Source: a virus (Duplodnaviria > Caudoviricetes). Taken from it: DNA of 64,000 nt. The notes under the pieces were generated by a model that had not been told where the DNA came from, did not search any database, and was given only the letters and a program-made list of their open reading frames with translations. The translations under genes and the position numbers were made by a program. The stretch spans positions 27,220 through 91,219 of IMG/VR virus record IMGVR_UViG_3300028197_001183. One strand, given 5' to 3'. Numbering within the stretch: position 1 is the first letter of the stretch; each line of letters begins with the position of its first letter. Of the stretch, positions 52,901 through 58,086 are shown in pieces.

Positions 52901-53803
52901 TGCTCCAGATCCAAAACTAGGGGCATTATACTCAACAGAGCGAATATGGATATCATCAGCGCCACCCAGTGGGAATCTAAAGACAATTTCACTTCCAAAT
53001 ACAGTATAATCAGTGTATACTTCAAGTTGGCGATTATTCTTCTTAACAATCAGACCAATTGCTGAAGTTGGCGTATATGGTTGAGTATTTACTCTGAGGG
53101 GATATTCTTTCTTACCTTGATATTCTCCAAAGGGTATTGCATCAGTTGTGACGATCGTTTGATCGGCATACCCAACCAAATATACAATTTCAGTGAATGC
53201 AGAGTCGTCAGCACCAGATCTTTCGCGGGGAGCAACAGCAAAGCGAATTTCATTGCCTTCAAGGAAATAGTCAGTGCCAGGAACCAATATTTCGTTGTAC
53301 GTGACAACAATTAGGTGCTCTACCGAAGGAGGATTTACAGGAGTCCCTAAAAAGTTTAGGGGAAATTTATTTCTAGTCCCATCAAACAAAGTGAAGGGAT
53401 TTTCTAGTTGTTGTTTCTTTTTGTCAAATTGACTAGGAGAAACACCTGGAGTAATAATCGCATCAGGTCCACGAGTAACATTCTCGTAATAAATGACCTC
53501 ATTATCGATCATGATCGATCCATCGGTTTCTTTGAAACCGTCAATCGATTCAATTTGGATAGTTGTATCGTTCAGACCGATATCACTCAATAAGAGTGTA
53601 TCGCTTGATAATTCATCTGACGTATAAGCATCCAGGTCCAGATAACCCAGAAGATTATTCAGGATATCGTAAGGACGACCTGTTTTTTCTTGAGACTTGT
53701 AATATTGGAAGAGAAAGTCAACAAATTGTCGATCTTCCTCCCTAATAAATTCTGGGAGTTGGTTTTCAACTCTATCCGAAATGTTGATATTTTTGGTAGG
53801 CAT
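31928..53803 (-). CDS. Giant (7291 aa) gp7-like baseplate wedge/fibre protein: YHYH-like, beta-propeller, CBM-like, LamG, globin/phycobiliprotein-like and Ig domains
   Basis: N-terminus ISDRVENQLPEFIREE..FVDFLFQYYKSQE, FYISKGTELS..YLFKIMFGE, IQDSFFYQNFSYVVKS...NHPAGF (gp7-like); located immediately downstream of g6; uninterrupted 21.9-kb ORF. Confidence 0.9.
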   Translation of the reverse strand: MPTKNINISDRVENQLPEFIREEDRQFVDFLFQYYKSQEKTGRPYDILNNLLGYLDLDAYTSDELSSDTLLLSDIGLNDTTIQIESIDGFKETDGSIMIDNEVIYYENVTRGPDAIITPGVSPSQFDKKKQQLENPFTLFDGTRNKFPLNFLGTPVNPPSVEHLIVVTYNEILVPGTDYFLEGNEIRFAVAPRERSGADDSAFTEIVYLVGYADQTIVTTDAIPFGEYQGKKEYPLRVNTQPYTPTSAIGLIVKKNNRQLEVYTDYTVFGSEIVFRFPLGGADDIHIRSVEYNAPSFGSGASAIVSVDAVGQVDRLIPKTGGSGYRLDFEPKVSIQHSEGVGATAKTLVSGIKNINLIDGGQGYTSYNPPLALVGAPTGGTLAKVALTVNDETGQVDSLTIMNSGSGYDFIPAISFVNPGGCKIGQPTIDSEGRVNINSIVVEDFGLNYSNPPIVYLDPAPAGGINAQAISRINQDGQVYEIVITNRGRGYVTPPRARIIQPIGAQVLDVTVASGNVTNIEMLTGGNGYTDAPSVYIVDDRKDPYGDPIGGTGATAAATIFNGQITDINITNFGTGYSEAEPPKIYIAEPKSARASVAVGFNELTGYEIIERGAGYSPSAFLECSRGVSGAIGYDNLHNEIYAGEAALRQSTHPGSSTVINLDSLFIREVFDKFRRQYLPTIEIDYSSINPVQVIKSITDFYISKGTELSTQYLFKIMFGEQVEIYYPRDEIIAPSAATWVVDTVLRAELISGNPANLIDSQLIQYTDPVDLSVKAANALIENVITIIEGKDTIYELAISEETLSGSFIIPYKTTLVEPLATDGQIITVDSTIGWPERNGTIRINDQEIAQYKEKSLNQFIECTRSQNGVVEDWDPGTIVHSDIFVYVNKDTDTECKLRVLGIAEAGTTILDDTGSYYLQGDKLKVAKLGSSSEDERLSSWLYNVKKLIQVDTVTPGGVNNQTATVVCTNPHGLLVSDQVTIYGANPVVFNGTFTVTSRIDTLQFTYQINTPTEIIPEGNILLSVDLNRGKSDITSINSVVSEFTTNIQNSFFNDEYVYIASSGLPNYKVGPFTGSALIPGNQRKLIRLPRLVQTISERQNISAGSSIGAWVNGVSIWAYKSGDFVRFGPLTGITVTNTGQDYDAGSKPALEITGGGGTGATGEVVVNGSLTSLDVTAEGSGYIESPLVSIVGGGGIGATAQAIVTGGRVTRILVEQPGSGYTSQPSISVTGGGGTGATANANVRGPIQTVSITAAGSGYTALPTIRVNSGEGALAQPIVINGRIVSIAIINSGSGYTTAPTIIINGDGFGAIARAVIGTIGEDKGRVLSVVLTNRGIGYTQGLTTVRLESVGDFAEFTPQVFEWNKNLQYDLSTKYDGARGYVFTGLNNQFGGEYAHVSDPKELRYVVGDNVFLNAVTQQFQEVASNYEHSPILGWAYDGNPIYGPYGYIDPTDQNSGVRRLRTSYKLKDNVVYDLATNPNPARIDGPSLATYPAGSFVADYEYDFQSGDLDNYNGRFCKSPQYPNGTYAYFITIDASEAGIAEFPYILGPQFNSLPDSWNFAQGATQENIPQNVVRYRDPYVNVDIDVDRQPNQEADVLTTEIEGYPLIFEVQDSNNDGIIDANEQQEILEMSEEATLQIYDYFPKVSEESRVDIEVETTTQFEDAQIDGFVIENPGESYQVNDTIFFDDGDTGGFGASAFIESVKGQIIQSYSKEIIGDRPYGVITTSANHDLRQQDELILNSSPVIDNTNKNFKVKVVSGIERINVTQSGVGYNEDIPPTFELITSAGQDGQLEIVLQNTGQISRVDIINSGNGYDPADPPQIRVSHPQQYKKTRYWLSEYMEATGIINVNDIKVTSQRYTYICGKITETDGDESGFLAKFDDLGQKIWERTLIPINANQKRAEFLKMVVNDTPENDLIYVTGQTKNPDNDVYNPDIWLGLYESGFNNANNPDGILQWQRAIAGISGSTRRDYVTSIALDQAQRIYLCGYTDTNSVDPDDMWIIQCGIEGDLVEKRKVASQDDSEKMHQIMMISDDRFFFIGVNDQNDDLIFGEFFYDGANVEMDWIKQIPTVGGRVVNPTMVMDDYGAIIVAWDIFNSAASKYDKIQINKFLLSTAQTTWDWSKTVTTTGDFLEMHHAGISYDQWGNYTLVSDVIESQNQRYSVISYMKYDGTLLYQTKVDDTANIGFQATTHALDNSGDTILAVNRQKSDQLVSWRMGNNANPVEDTTKQDLGTYNYFSQSDIIHDAAVYKFDGGSLKFNDVAPITIANLGLQPLEWSGRMWMSMNTTVWSTAHEPTLLHVNDATNTNGITVTIKGDNTDPDYQKVILYLNGTQVASSVAATNWDAFASGAWVHVTFQKRQESLGLYRYEVFIGGNQQITYQSTTDVALDDVVICGPVSAPTTANSFRGNIDDFVLDDVAPYSGTSYTVPTAEIAITTSNSDIALIKFDRAHTQRASYTLTGLNKYSTIAFTDHVIGMNWTSISPGAISPWLEGPGGLQILDMSQTFSTLNPGTYTLSSAYDQYASKTSTIPSPRGKRLIISADVIPKFYIRDALYQKVDNVQEFTFTQPIKLTQYSILQQFNNVGTTTAFATITEVPAGTLLNPGVGTKYRIGKTYGTFNTTDRFRTTTPGGDINQIEGTYFDTIEEESPWAASTAYAQGDRVYNQKRIYEAQGAGTSGTISPQHNNGVVSDGVINWSFIDDAGKFTLDLTEHPFPRPQYTGLDMPEWLPHRLYAVGQRVWYKLNVYQVAVGGGGVTTPTPPTHTTGDVSDGTVTWSFVETIEAISLYTRLMPYNQGNNYSIEILEVQPGSNFIPNDVVSVNTGNITLAADEKSVEISGFASVKKIRVTARLEKDILLASSTRTDKVYCTSNSPHFYKEAEIIFTEGFSGNQFNGSFFIDDVIGSREFTFGIRDTAVSDPTFVNNGIANVNIYAKHPTLIFTRNHQYNFDVSDVSNFGYYMSFSQDNQYKLEYSFNNTVRDGTPGIAGAGASNPFVKFLVLGDVTNISYYFDPSRTGDNSPVGENSYVDVITTPYQGRFTISEIVSDTEFKFPLFREPERSNAEIGSNDQGQEYSFYSTTSTRAVGPINSIKLVSPGGFYKKLPIISDIASFRQIEKVVVVDGGTEYAPGVYYDVPVAGDGEGGKVTVTVLLDDETGSGALASVAVADPGKGYTTASVDIDAITGILGPTLSGSGGSVSVNIPSEGSGASVFLTGRNIGKIKRLKNNEFGFGYSHDYTLKPEITFPVNLQLFNTSILSEIKIVDPGAGYTSTPAVVIDGGGGIGADAVAVIKNNRLNEIIIKNPGAGYSSEPSVTLKSEFNYVVNLDLNYLQFNFPHGITTGAEIQFRAESVGSTDGVLPKPSSAGLTSLIAGQIYYAIAGQSNSLESDQIRFGLTLQSAQAGDYITFLTQGTGRQVLLTEVFGGRAEAVVATSRFLEGEQVFQGSAVELASATGKVSTNTGWQIGPKILKIVDYDGDWKVGEKVTGSISKASGVIDNLSIARGVLNIGSLTRTPGKFIDNVGKPSEIVQKIQDSFFYQNFSYVVKSEIPITKWKTQILENNHPAGFQLFGQLQIVGGKDVSGRKVGTEFTKEVNINNYSNVNQITSFGAAQPIYTDYNNTEVLFRKKRLTSSEEILTSIVKKLDDISPQFNGIDKQFPITVEGGQVIVQQNQLLITINGVIQAPGVSYTIVGGNIVFSEPPKPASRVNYRSLSVTPTPIYRIQLYSGQAGVANFGIFPTLGQQVQGADSDVIATVIDSGTTTIDVINLVGGTFNLNEEIVRGTLFSGLIESVTLINSNTIFQFGESITNLEGDTAIIEETNIDPQGGVTDSLVVSKTSGTAQFETGIFDLRLNEFVYSASSKIAGQITNISPYIDPATSDAVDELIINPGSTFYGLLFERLVSITNPNVIIDNISQSSITPTEIYNAANRINADFLDFEEVRNTEVEYTQLTGGAFSEGDIVINNRANYGNPVSVFHGVATNRFKDASAMILGNKDQIVDFAEAEIAVKHPRFYFPGDIITNSWSRYSDAYRLIQKNKSYIANKAYDEMMTQYTSLTVPDPNKCIRDLELYIDAISIDIFRGGNVYTRKLCAKYFDVSGNFVYVNNESAETRYGFEKAKDMMKLAIVNNLTNSFTAPSGQPNAGITYVPWSEVDHGGYDGNGITADPSPNDPYGTNGANQSNNGTDNCTDVQAAITTLYDVVDETLLNGTLVDLPDESLGSYSPGQIKCRRDIGLMIDALAEDVSQGGNYNIIEFTKKYFDAAGAPIANGLIGEYAESLTAIDKAMHLSFQAITNLLYYQVNSRTSVTGFMLKDPTTYQGTYNGGEDDLQEFDVSSAVYTPASGEMVLTIGTHTLTTSDTVTVRPHSLVFTCDADNDASFHAYPRAGDPAFNTPLAISAETGTTITVNVGASPLVQYTPTAATYTPATGDMVLTIGSHSLEINDYVTIANDSLVFTCDMDANATTHTYPRSTDPAAGRRLFIHGATATTITVNVAASPADQQYVHTFVSASANSVSSGGGYTHAFVKALDNAVFTGGGTTAKYFDPNYYSGRNETIQNCANVQAYIATLVDISTTAIAAQNLNNINALASITDGTFVAGENIRTTKIAYKDRSGGLFIVGDNITGVTSGASFEAIGSNSGLKWIFADAVTGSFQDGEYITNSSTANQNGVSLSVITKYKKLSGSKSVKFSSNGYLVTRDSYDFSFGNTADFTVQGWVRADNLSTTQHLFDFRRLSAASGLRITLQTSGAITVYNGTSQLLTGGTLIAQNWHHIAVVRTTSVLQLYVDGVQVGGNYADTNDYGYAAIYIGSDFNGANQFAGYMDNVVVKNGQSDFNTGFVPPTQIDYSNQYVMFGLDGEQPFVIDNQETYAIYTGQRISSAAIKEINYDQNFAIIENVDLGRSDHRNCADIIDLNAAWIAEEAVGRMQAAFPDFTIPGNNMAEGSYGGTNVCIRDTKDYIIGALVKDLRDGGNYNSLYTARTYLEASGKLKHVGGEILQTLYAWDQTFVLCKYVITTTDTDLTGTYTNRLRLPNNFSSPASASIQNEFDILGREVLEVLAPNPDIFRDTGVLIWKNRDYIAEEVAGYILDKYEVDVNGTPTQFLVIPGYGQPYCERDVKQFILPAVIADLCTGGTYNVEAVIDQYLDDQNNVLHVEHELNPMLDAFEHAKYLTQKAGNNLLLSPGEVAGDLGGPAWAQDDYHTPLFTARGAFRDDTITIDDEGYPQDNVSNWNRYKDATNALKANVDLIAHEAVETMNDMSKFAAFQIKGGAVNCMDDVKDILNAMVHDLNYNCNEKTWDATSLYVETENNSLKHIEDDWEATVTVMKLVRDIATLTIRNGFGRDYIPGNDPNSIDPSSYEANPREQIFADCGDAIDANIRWIAEQAVKAGTTQYPALSINGGASAMWWKEFTPTTATYAAGSGVLTLTIPNHGLNIGEHISIAGMGITFTCSQDSNASLHPYPRNTDPVYEKRIVIVDTTADTISVDVGKSPAGQQYTHTFVSAVTGAIRYGWSDGGEHFAPTAAAYTASSGDMVLTIPNHSFNVGNRMSIATDSLVFTCSQDANGSEHSYPRKGDPAYGTTVAITAIGTTNQDVSSAAYDAVSGLMTINTTGAHGLSTGNRIKIATDGITFTCTMDGNGSNHAYPRATDPAADKWLIVSVVDSDTFTCYVGVAANANQYTHAFVSATAGAVIKQDSQVTVNVGASPVGQQYTHTFVRSTPDSLTSAGSIDCVHDVTDILRALVFNLKYDGDNWINWVSEFYTTYSGSLAHVTSLATEVNWILNETKRLVKRAIRGQIINNVANYGGSLEADGGQSFSNSTPKPTTVLRNSTSDGITLGGDYNNVITRSFTNGTTDIASASNSTTGISNDEDLTCSCVTVLPSGTPTDGVLWELGDSSAGAYIGIRDSGTYLRLRAGNGANSYSGGASAASDNGLALLDVQVSSLSDYFDGGQHEITWEIRIGGTVASGSGRVKLWIDGNEIASAETPGLNVGLYEAGGLLAGTNAGGFAATAGAVPSGESTTAWAYTTGDLSYYRSRLVDPAYTGSEADAVATEIDNLMALVTDAISNPGNVASRATTLPKIWPIKYTPEIAVRDTDLTYDSSAAEWNQTCAEVASAIDTLIDIYITTIENAANSNINQLSNIVRTTRLDAYTNSNYQQGTCEGPQSAIDTLFDLMTDTLGGGLNTDKSIANMLLFNKDAIAQRAFDQTVTYYSTTNMTVDFCSDVVKAIRYDMITGGNAGAFGLVQNWFDGEGTFIAFQDVSRTHLIYATTRIREYIKSVLYQLTSDAGWAAYNTYQLGLNGRLDYNREASEFIMDSSINCIEYSLETSKFPTQGSVTWVPSSDVVNISTKYELGYDYNTDPALVTLTPIVPVGFDRAEYRVRIYRTNSFRRGDILQYIPASETSVKELTGQSYWYVMTATAQWFEVGAHYMHDGRFRKIEVDTTNSGQQIFSVVRRTGIDRSTPLFPADPSQTPIQGGFNPADVIYGTTSESSSEVGSISLNQAEINRLYTRYNLNNVSQNLGVYENFQNGEIVTVQTNPSITGQVLQTDKTNSDGINFVNLTTVAGVINVGDILVGADSGTTAEVTSFDSRMLINVEKGSFAQGDWLFDKASAVEAYANTYANKSGSLTGNDGGRITIDVETIGDAWSTGDIIYGSVTDYILEIKGLSGTQIQLNQYIHGTNIYQLELGTAIVDTGVADTFRVGDEVVLLQGTTLKDPGFRATVTQYINGINIDPADPNYGIHRLFIGNLIPVGTGEDINALTTGGNNIGKLDIGSNFPSIYANVTTITDTAYNSYGRVAAINQQGITATVWLENVKGNFLDNMTVISDYGWGGVIAKARTLEGRVDRYFRGFDGAQTQFDLTISNGEAYFPDPAGHMLIFVNGILQPPGGNNSYVAFSDKINFSEAPDIGSEFVGYYVGKLRQMDDISFEFDSLRSSFNLKREGLFYSLTLTEGVSSNVIRPENNIIVSLNGIIQEPGVAYDLVGSRVIFAEVPRAGSTFVGFSYIGSDTDVIAATVVPPVEAGDKLEIDGEEFPRDVALIESSNSLITFEYTGSVKGRNAAALATIRSGQLNTALLTNSGDGYTSRPNVDVISSSGFDGRIKALMGITRIDVKTPGTSYLQPLVQIDNIVPDDFINPSGTPVNGGRDIYNADEAIDGDTTTITAGTIAIIQDPVNVTVNQGQTASFTVAATVTNSQQLNYQWQKKEYGTQTWSNIIGANQSTFNTNDAAQADDGDEYRVAITAAGATPVYSLSAVLTVQTGATVISNFNPASIFDDI

Positions 53804-53808
53804 CTATC

Positions 53809-55980
53809 TCAGAAACAGGAGGTATCTACTGGATATGTAAAACTATCCGTGGGATAATCAATGATATTTATCCCATTGGGATCACCGAAGTTATAACCAC
53901 TAAAGTTGTTAGGATCGAAGTTGGGGATTGATATGTCATTAGTCTTCCAATCGATTGGGAAGACGTTGACATCGAATAATGTAGGATCAACGCCAGGTGG
54001 AATGAGGATAGATCCACCGTAAGGCAATACTTGAATAGGAAGACGAGTTGAATCGTCAGGTGTGCCTTGGATTGCAATGGGACCAACGCAAACTTGTCCT
54101 TTACTGTAATCAACAGTCCCAACAGCATTATTTAACACAACTTCAACCTCATCTCTTTTAGTGATAAGGAGAAGATTGCCTTTTCCATCATCTCTGATGT
54201 TAACTGGCACCAATACTTCATTTTCTCCAGTAATTGAGTTGGAAGATACAACAGCACTGGTGGAATTAGTACCAGCACCTTGCATTGTCAAATTAACGAG
54301 ATCTTCAGAGTAACCTGTTGCGTAGAATGTGCCCGATTTGACTACAGAGAAGGAAGGAGCACAAGTTCCTTTATCTCCACCATCATCCTCACATCTACCG
54401 TTAATACAGACTTGACCCTCTGGACAATCTGCATCAGTAGAGCAAGAAGTGCCATCTCCACCTTCAGGACTTCCTGAATAATCGCCAGGATTATAAAGTG
54501 GGTTGCCAAAGTCAAGACACTGAGTAAAGACACTACCAAACTCAAATTGGTCAAGATTCTGACCAACGGTCACCTGAGTAACACTACCAGAGATTGCAGG
54601 GTCGCTATTATCGACCATTGCGTTATATTTGGAAGTATCGATGCGACCACCGAAACGATTGGTTTGACCATTCTTGTTAAACTGGTCAACATTACGCAAA
54701 ACATCACTTCCGAGTTGAGCACCACTCTTATTAGTGTTGTTTCCGTCGTAATAAACGTAAGATTTAGGAATAACGTAGAAAATAGTAGGATCAATGATCA
54801 CAGGATCGATTGATGCAACTGTATAACGCTTCAGATCGTTTTTGATCTTTGCTTTTGTCGTTTCATTCAGTTTATTGCCAGTTTTGGGGCGAATAGCAAC
54901 ATAAACTTTACCGTAAATGGGTGGAGTGAGTTTCTCACCACCATATGCGGTTACAGACGCTGCTTGAGGATAGATCTCTGAGACAATATGCTCATAATCA
55001 GTTTCAGTCACTGCTCGGTTTTGAGTAGCGAAGGCTCTAGGTGCCCTAAACTTAATAGATAGCGCACTTTCGCGTGCTTCACCGTCTGCTGCAGACTCTC
55101 TAGTGATAACTGCAATGTTTGCAGGTGCAATTGCGCGTTGATCACTGTCTCTAATGGTGCCAATGAATGCAAAGTCCTTACAACCGTTTGCCTCTTCACC
55201 AAAAGTTGTGACATATGACAGTCTGATGAATTCACCATCAATCAACCTACGTCCAAGGACACCATCACCGAAAACTAGGCGGTATCTAAGGTCATCTGAC
55301 TCCTCAAGGTAGTAAACACGAGAAGTACTGTTGAGTGTAGTTACGTTTGCAGCAAGGTTATATGTGTCAATCTCTTGCGACTGTGCGTTAGGCGAAATAT
55401 CAACATAAACCAAGGCTGTGTCTACGTCTTCGGTAGGGATAAGATAGTCCTGCCTCTTCGTATAATCAACTGTGTAGTTAAACTTGAGCAAATTGCCCTG
55501 ATAAACAAGCACAGGGTCAAATATTGCGATACCAGTTGCGGGATCTACCGTAGTTTGCAACTCTCTAGTCACACAGAAGGTGTAAGTATCATTAAAGTTA
55601 CGGGCAACAAACACATCTCCTGCAGACAGTGTGCAGAATTCTGGAAATGTAGTGCCATTTAGCGAAACTTGTGTCTGCACACGGATAGTCACACACGCTC
55701 TAGGTGCTTTAATTGACCTAGGAGTGTAATTTAACTGCTTTGCGATGCGGATAACGTTGTCTCTGACCGTAGCAGTCTCAAGAAATGCTTCATTCAGCGC
55801 CATGTTAGCGTTGAATGCCGTATAATATGTGTTATAAGCGAGGGTATCGATAAGATACGACGCAGCACTACCTTCAAAATCGTAATCGGTAAACTCGTTA
55901 CGCGTTCTGAGGTAGGATTTGATAGACTCTTTAATCTCAAAGAAGTCTAACGATGTTAGTTGTGATGGGATAGCAGACAT
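53809..55980 (-). CDS. g6: Baseplate wedge subunit gp6
   Basis: LDFFEIKESIKSYL..EFTDYDFEGSA..LIDTLAYNTYY, FATQNRAVTETDY, YGKVYVAIRP. Confidence 0.96.
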   Translation of the reverse strand: MSAIPSQLTSLDFFEIKESIKSYLRTRNEFTDYDFEGSAASYLIDTLAYNTYYTAFNANMALNEAFLETATVRDNVIRIAKQLNYTPRSIKAPRACVTIRVQTQVSLNGTTFPEFCTLSAGDVFVARNFNDTYTFCVTRELQTTVDPATGIAIFDPVLVYQGNLLKFNYTVDYTKRQDYLIPTEDVDTALVYVDISPNAQSQEIDTYNLAANVTTLNSTSRVYYLEESDDLRYRLVFGDGVLGRRLIDGEFIRLSYVTTFGEEANGCKDFAFIGTIRDSDQRAIAPANIAVITRESAADGEARESALSIKFRAPRAFATQNRAVTETDYEHIVSEIYPQAASVTAYGGEKLTPPIYGKVYVAIRPKTGNKLNETTKAKIKNDLKRYTVASIDPVIIDPTIFYVIPKSYVYYDGNNTNKSGAQLGSDVLRNVDQFNKNGQTNRFGGRIDTSKYNAMVDNSDPAISGSVTQVTVGQNLDQFEFGSVFTQCLDFGNPLYNPGDYSGSPEGGDGTSCSTDADCPEGQVCINGRCEDDGGDKGTCAPSFSVVKSGTFYATGYSEDLVNLTMQGAGTNSTSAVVSSNSITGENEVLVPVNIRDDGKGNLLLITKRDEVEVVLNNAVGTVDYSKGQVCVGPIAIQGTPDDSTRLPIQVLPYGGSILIPPGVDPTLFDVNVFPIDWKTNDISIPNFDPNNFSGYNFGDPNGINIIDYPTDSFTYPVDTSCF

Positions 55981-55981
55981 T

Positions 55982-56395
55982 TCAGGTCTTCTCTAAGAGG
56001 AATGTTACTTCTTGGGTTAAGTTTTCTCCAGTAATCAAATATTCAAGCTCAACTTGAATTTCATTTAGATCACTGTTATCTTCGACACGCACATCCTCAA
56101 CAGTAATCCGTGGTTCAAGACGTTGGAGACAATCACGAATTTCAGTCTCGATCGCATCTTTAGAGAATGGATCCCATGGCTCAAAAAGAAGACCTTTCAC
56201 CCGACTTCCAATGTTCGGTTGAAAAGGTCTTTCACCTAATATAGTCAATAATAAATTTCTTACAGATTGATTGATTGCTCTCTCATTCTTGACAGCACCA
56301 AAATCGTCAGTAGAAGGATTTGAATTAAAGGAAATTGCTAAGTCCTTAAACCCTCTACTGACGTACTGGTCTGATCTAAATCTGTAAGCAGGCAT
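55982..56395 (-). CDS. g25: Baseplate wedge subunit gp25
   Basis: AINQSVRNLLLTILGERPFQPNIGS...LQRLEPRITV. Confidence 0.95.
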   Translation of the reverse strand: MPAYRFRSDQYVSRGFKDLAISFNSNPSTDDFGAVKNERAINQSVRNLLLTILGERPFQPNIGSRVKGLLFEPWDPFSKDAIETEIRDCLQRLEPRITVEDVRVEDNSDLNEIQVELEYLITGENLTQEVTFLLEKT

Positions 56396-56542
56396 TTAAC
56401 CCTCTTTTTTCTTTGGTCTCTCAGGTGGTTGGATGTTACGACTCACCTTATGAAGATATTTATCACTTCGTGGGTCGGTTATTAGGCGCATACCCGATTT
56501 GATAAAATCTTCACTCTGATCAGGTACTGGACTGTTAGCCAC
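56396..56542 (-). CDS. Small hypothetical protein (48 aa, GTG start)
   Basis: MANSPVPDQSEDFIKSGMRLITDPRSDKYL...; GGAGG RBS; its stop abuts the g25 ATG. Confidence 0.7.
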   Translation of the reverse strand: MANSPVPDQSEDFIKSGMRLITDPRSDKYLHKVSRNIQPPERPKKKEG

Positions 56543-56566
56543 GATGATTCCTCCACATGGTAATTT

Positions 56567-56573
56567 TATTTAT
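56567..56573 (-). promoter_or_regulatory. T4-type late promoter (ATAAATA) for the baseplate operon
   Basis: CATAAATAAAA about 25 nt upstream of GTG 56542. Confidence 0.75.
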
Positions 56574-56575
56574 GG

Positions 56576-57232
56576 TCATTGAGAAGATTCCTCCTCAGGT
56601 GTTTTCCAATGGTAATCATTGGTGTCTCCTAACCTACCCCATTTGATACCATTTTCAACTTGATAGTATTTGGTTGATACTTTGAAGTCTGGTGTCTTAG
56701 GTTCGTTAGGTGTGATCGACAGATCAAAAATTCTGATCCTATTGTTTGGATACAAAGCAAACTGACCATTCTCTAAGAGAATGCAGTTATGTGATTTGTG
56801 CTCCTGTGGGTTCTCACTGACATTGGTGTCGATCATGTCAACATCAGCGTGGAAGTTGTCCAGTGTAAACAGATACTGACCAGCAACATTTCCATGATCA
56901 CGGGTGCGGCACTCAAAATCCATAGTGCCAATAAATTGCTTCTGTATGCAACGCACTCCGTAATCCATACAATTCCAAAACTGCAAGTTGGGTAGATCCA
57001 TGTCTACCTTTGGAGTTTCGGGACTACTTACAAATGCACTGATAGGTAATTTGTCAAACATTGCAGCATACTCAGGTAAGTATGTCTCAAAATAAAAAGC
57101 GCGTCCAGGTATCGATTTTGCCGATACCCATACGCCCTCTACAAATTCACCATGCCCATCGATGTGGTCCCTAAGATATTCCTTACGGACCCACACTTTG
57201 TGCGATGGTAAGTTGACAATTAACTGACTCAT
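56576..57232 (-). CDS. Hypothetical protein of marine T4-like phages
   Basis: 218 aa; VWVRKEYL, SIPGRAFYFE, LPISAF, EHKSHN, NGQFALYPNNR. Confidence 0.85.
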   Translation of the reverse strand: MSQLIVNLPSHKVWVRKEYLRDHIDGHGEFVEGVWVSAKSIPGRAFYFETYLPEYAAMFDKLPISAFVSSPETPKVDMDLPNLQFWNCMDYGVRCIQKQFIGTMDFECRTRDHGNVAGQYLFTLDNFHADVDMIDTNVSENPQEHKSHNCILLENGQFALYPNNRIRIFDLSITPNEPKTPDFKVSTKYYQVENGIKWGRLGDTNDYHWKTPEEESSQ

Positions 57233-57387
57233 TCCTCACTAACCCAAGTTGCTGGATGAAAGTTACAATACTCGTTAAAGGTAATCTTCATCTCTTTATT
57301 AGAGAGTCCACAATGCCTGGCTGCTTTAGGAAGATTCCATTTAGCAGACCAAAGCATCTCCATAGACTCTCTGGTCTCAACTCTCAT
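57229..57387 (-). CDS. Small hypothetical protein, possible HTH (52 aa)
   Basis: MRVETRESMEMLWSAKWNLPKAARHCGLSNKEMKITFNEYC...; ATGA overlaps on both sides. Confidence 0.75.
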   Translation of the reverse strand: MRVETRESMEMLWSAKWNLPKAARHCGLSNKEMKITFNEYCNFHPATWVSEE

Positions 57388-57533
57388 CGACCTTGACCAC
57401 GATACCGCTTACCTTTACTGTTGCGAGATGTTGCAGAATATTTAGTATTTTTAGAGTTACCCTGTCGAGTCATTTTCGGGTTTCCAGGTACCCATCCATC
57501 TTTGACCAGTCCTGTCGTTGCGCGTGCGGGCAT
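57384..57533 (-). CDS. Small basic protein (49 aa)
   Basis: MPARATTGLVKDGWVPGNPKMTRQGNSKNTKYSATSRNSKGKRYRGQGR*; coupled to the next ORF. Confidence 0.75.
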   Translation of the reverse strand: MPARATTGLVKDGWVPGNPKMTRQGNSKNTKYSATSRNSKGKRYRGQGR

Positions 57534-57552
57534 TAGTCCCTTTCAAACTACC

Positions 57553-58086
57553 TCAAGATGATAGCACAGTTGGATGCCCAAAGGCAACCACTGAGGAGCA
57601 TGGATATGAGAATCCAGGGAATCCAACACCAAGTGGATCTAGGATCCTTGCAATAGGGATCTTGAATGCGAAGACTGTCAGGGTAGTCGGGAAGAGGATT
57701 CTAGGGTGTCCAAGACCACCAGCATCCTCAATGGTTAGTGTGCTACAAGGGAATGGTGTAGGGATAGGACATACACCCTTACCACAAGGACAGATGAAAA
57801 TTACAATATTTGTACACAACGCAATGTGTGGAGTGAATACATCACCACCAATCATGATGGGGATAAACTGCACCAGCACTGTTGCTCGTAATGGATTGAT
57901 CGCTGAAAGAGGAATTAGTGGTGTGGGTGGCCACCAGCATGTAAAATTCTTAATGACGATGCTGTAGGGCACTGGAGGGGTGCCACACGCCTGCACTGAG
58001 TGGACAGTGGATGGTAAGCAAAGACCATGCCCTGAGCAGGGTAGACCATTCAGTGATGCAACTGGTTTTAGAAATCCGTATGCCAT
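57553..58086 (-). CDS. Extended PAAR-like / gp5.4-like spike tip protein
   Basis: SGHG..C.P, GDVFTPH, GH, PIARILD, C-SSVVAFGHPTV match the PAAR-type metal ligand pattern (H,H,H,C); 10 Cys. Confidence 0.65.
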   Translation of the reverse strand: MAYGFLKPVASLNGLPCSGHGLCLPSTVHSVQACGTPPVPYSIVIKNFTCWWPPTPLIPLSAINPLRATVLVQFIPIMIGGDVFTPHIALCTNIVIFICPCGKGVCPIPTPFPCSTLTIEDAGGLGHPRILFPTTLTVFAFKIPIARILDPLGVGFPGFSYPCSSVVAFGHPTVLSS

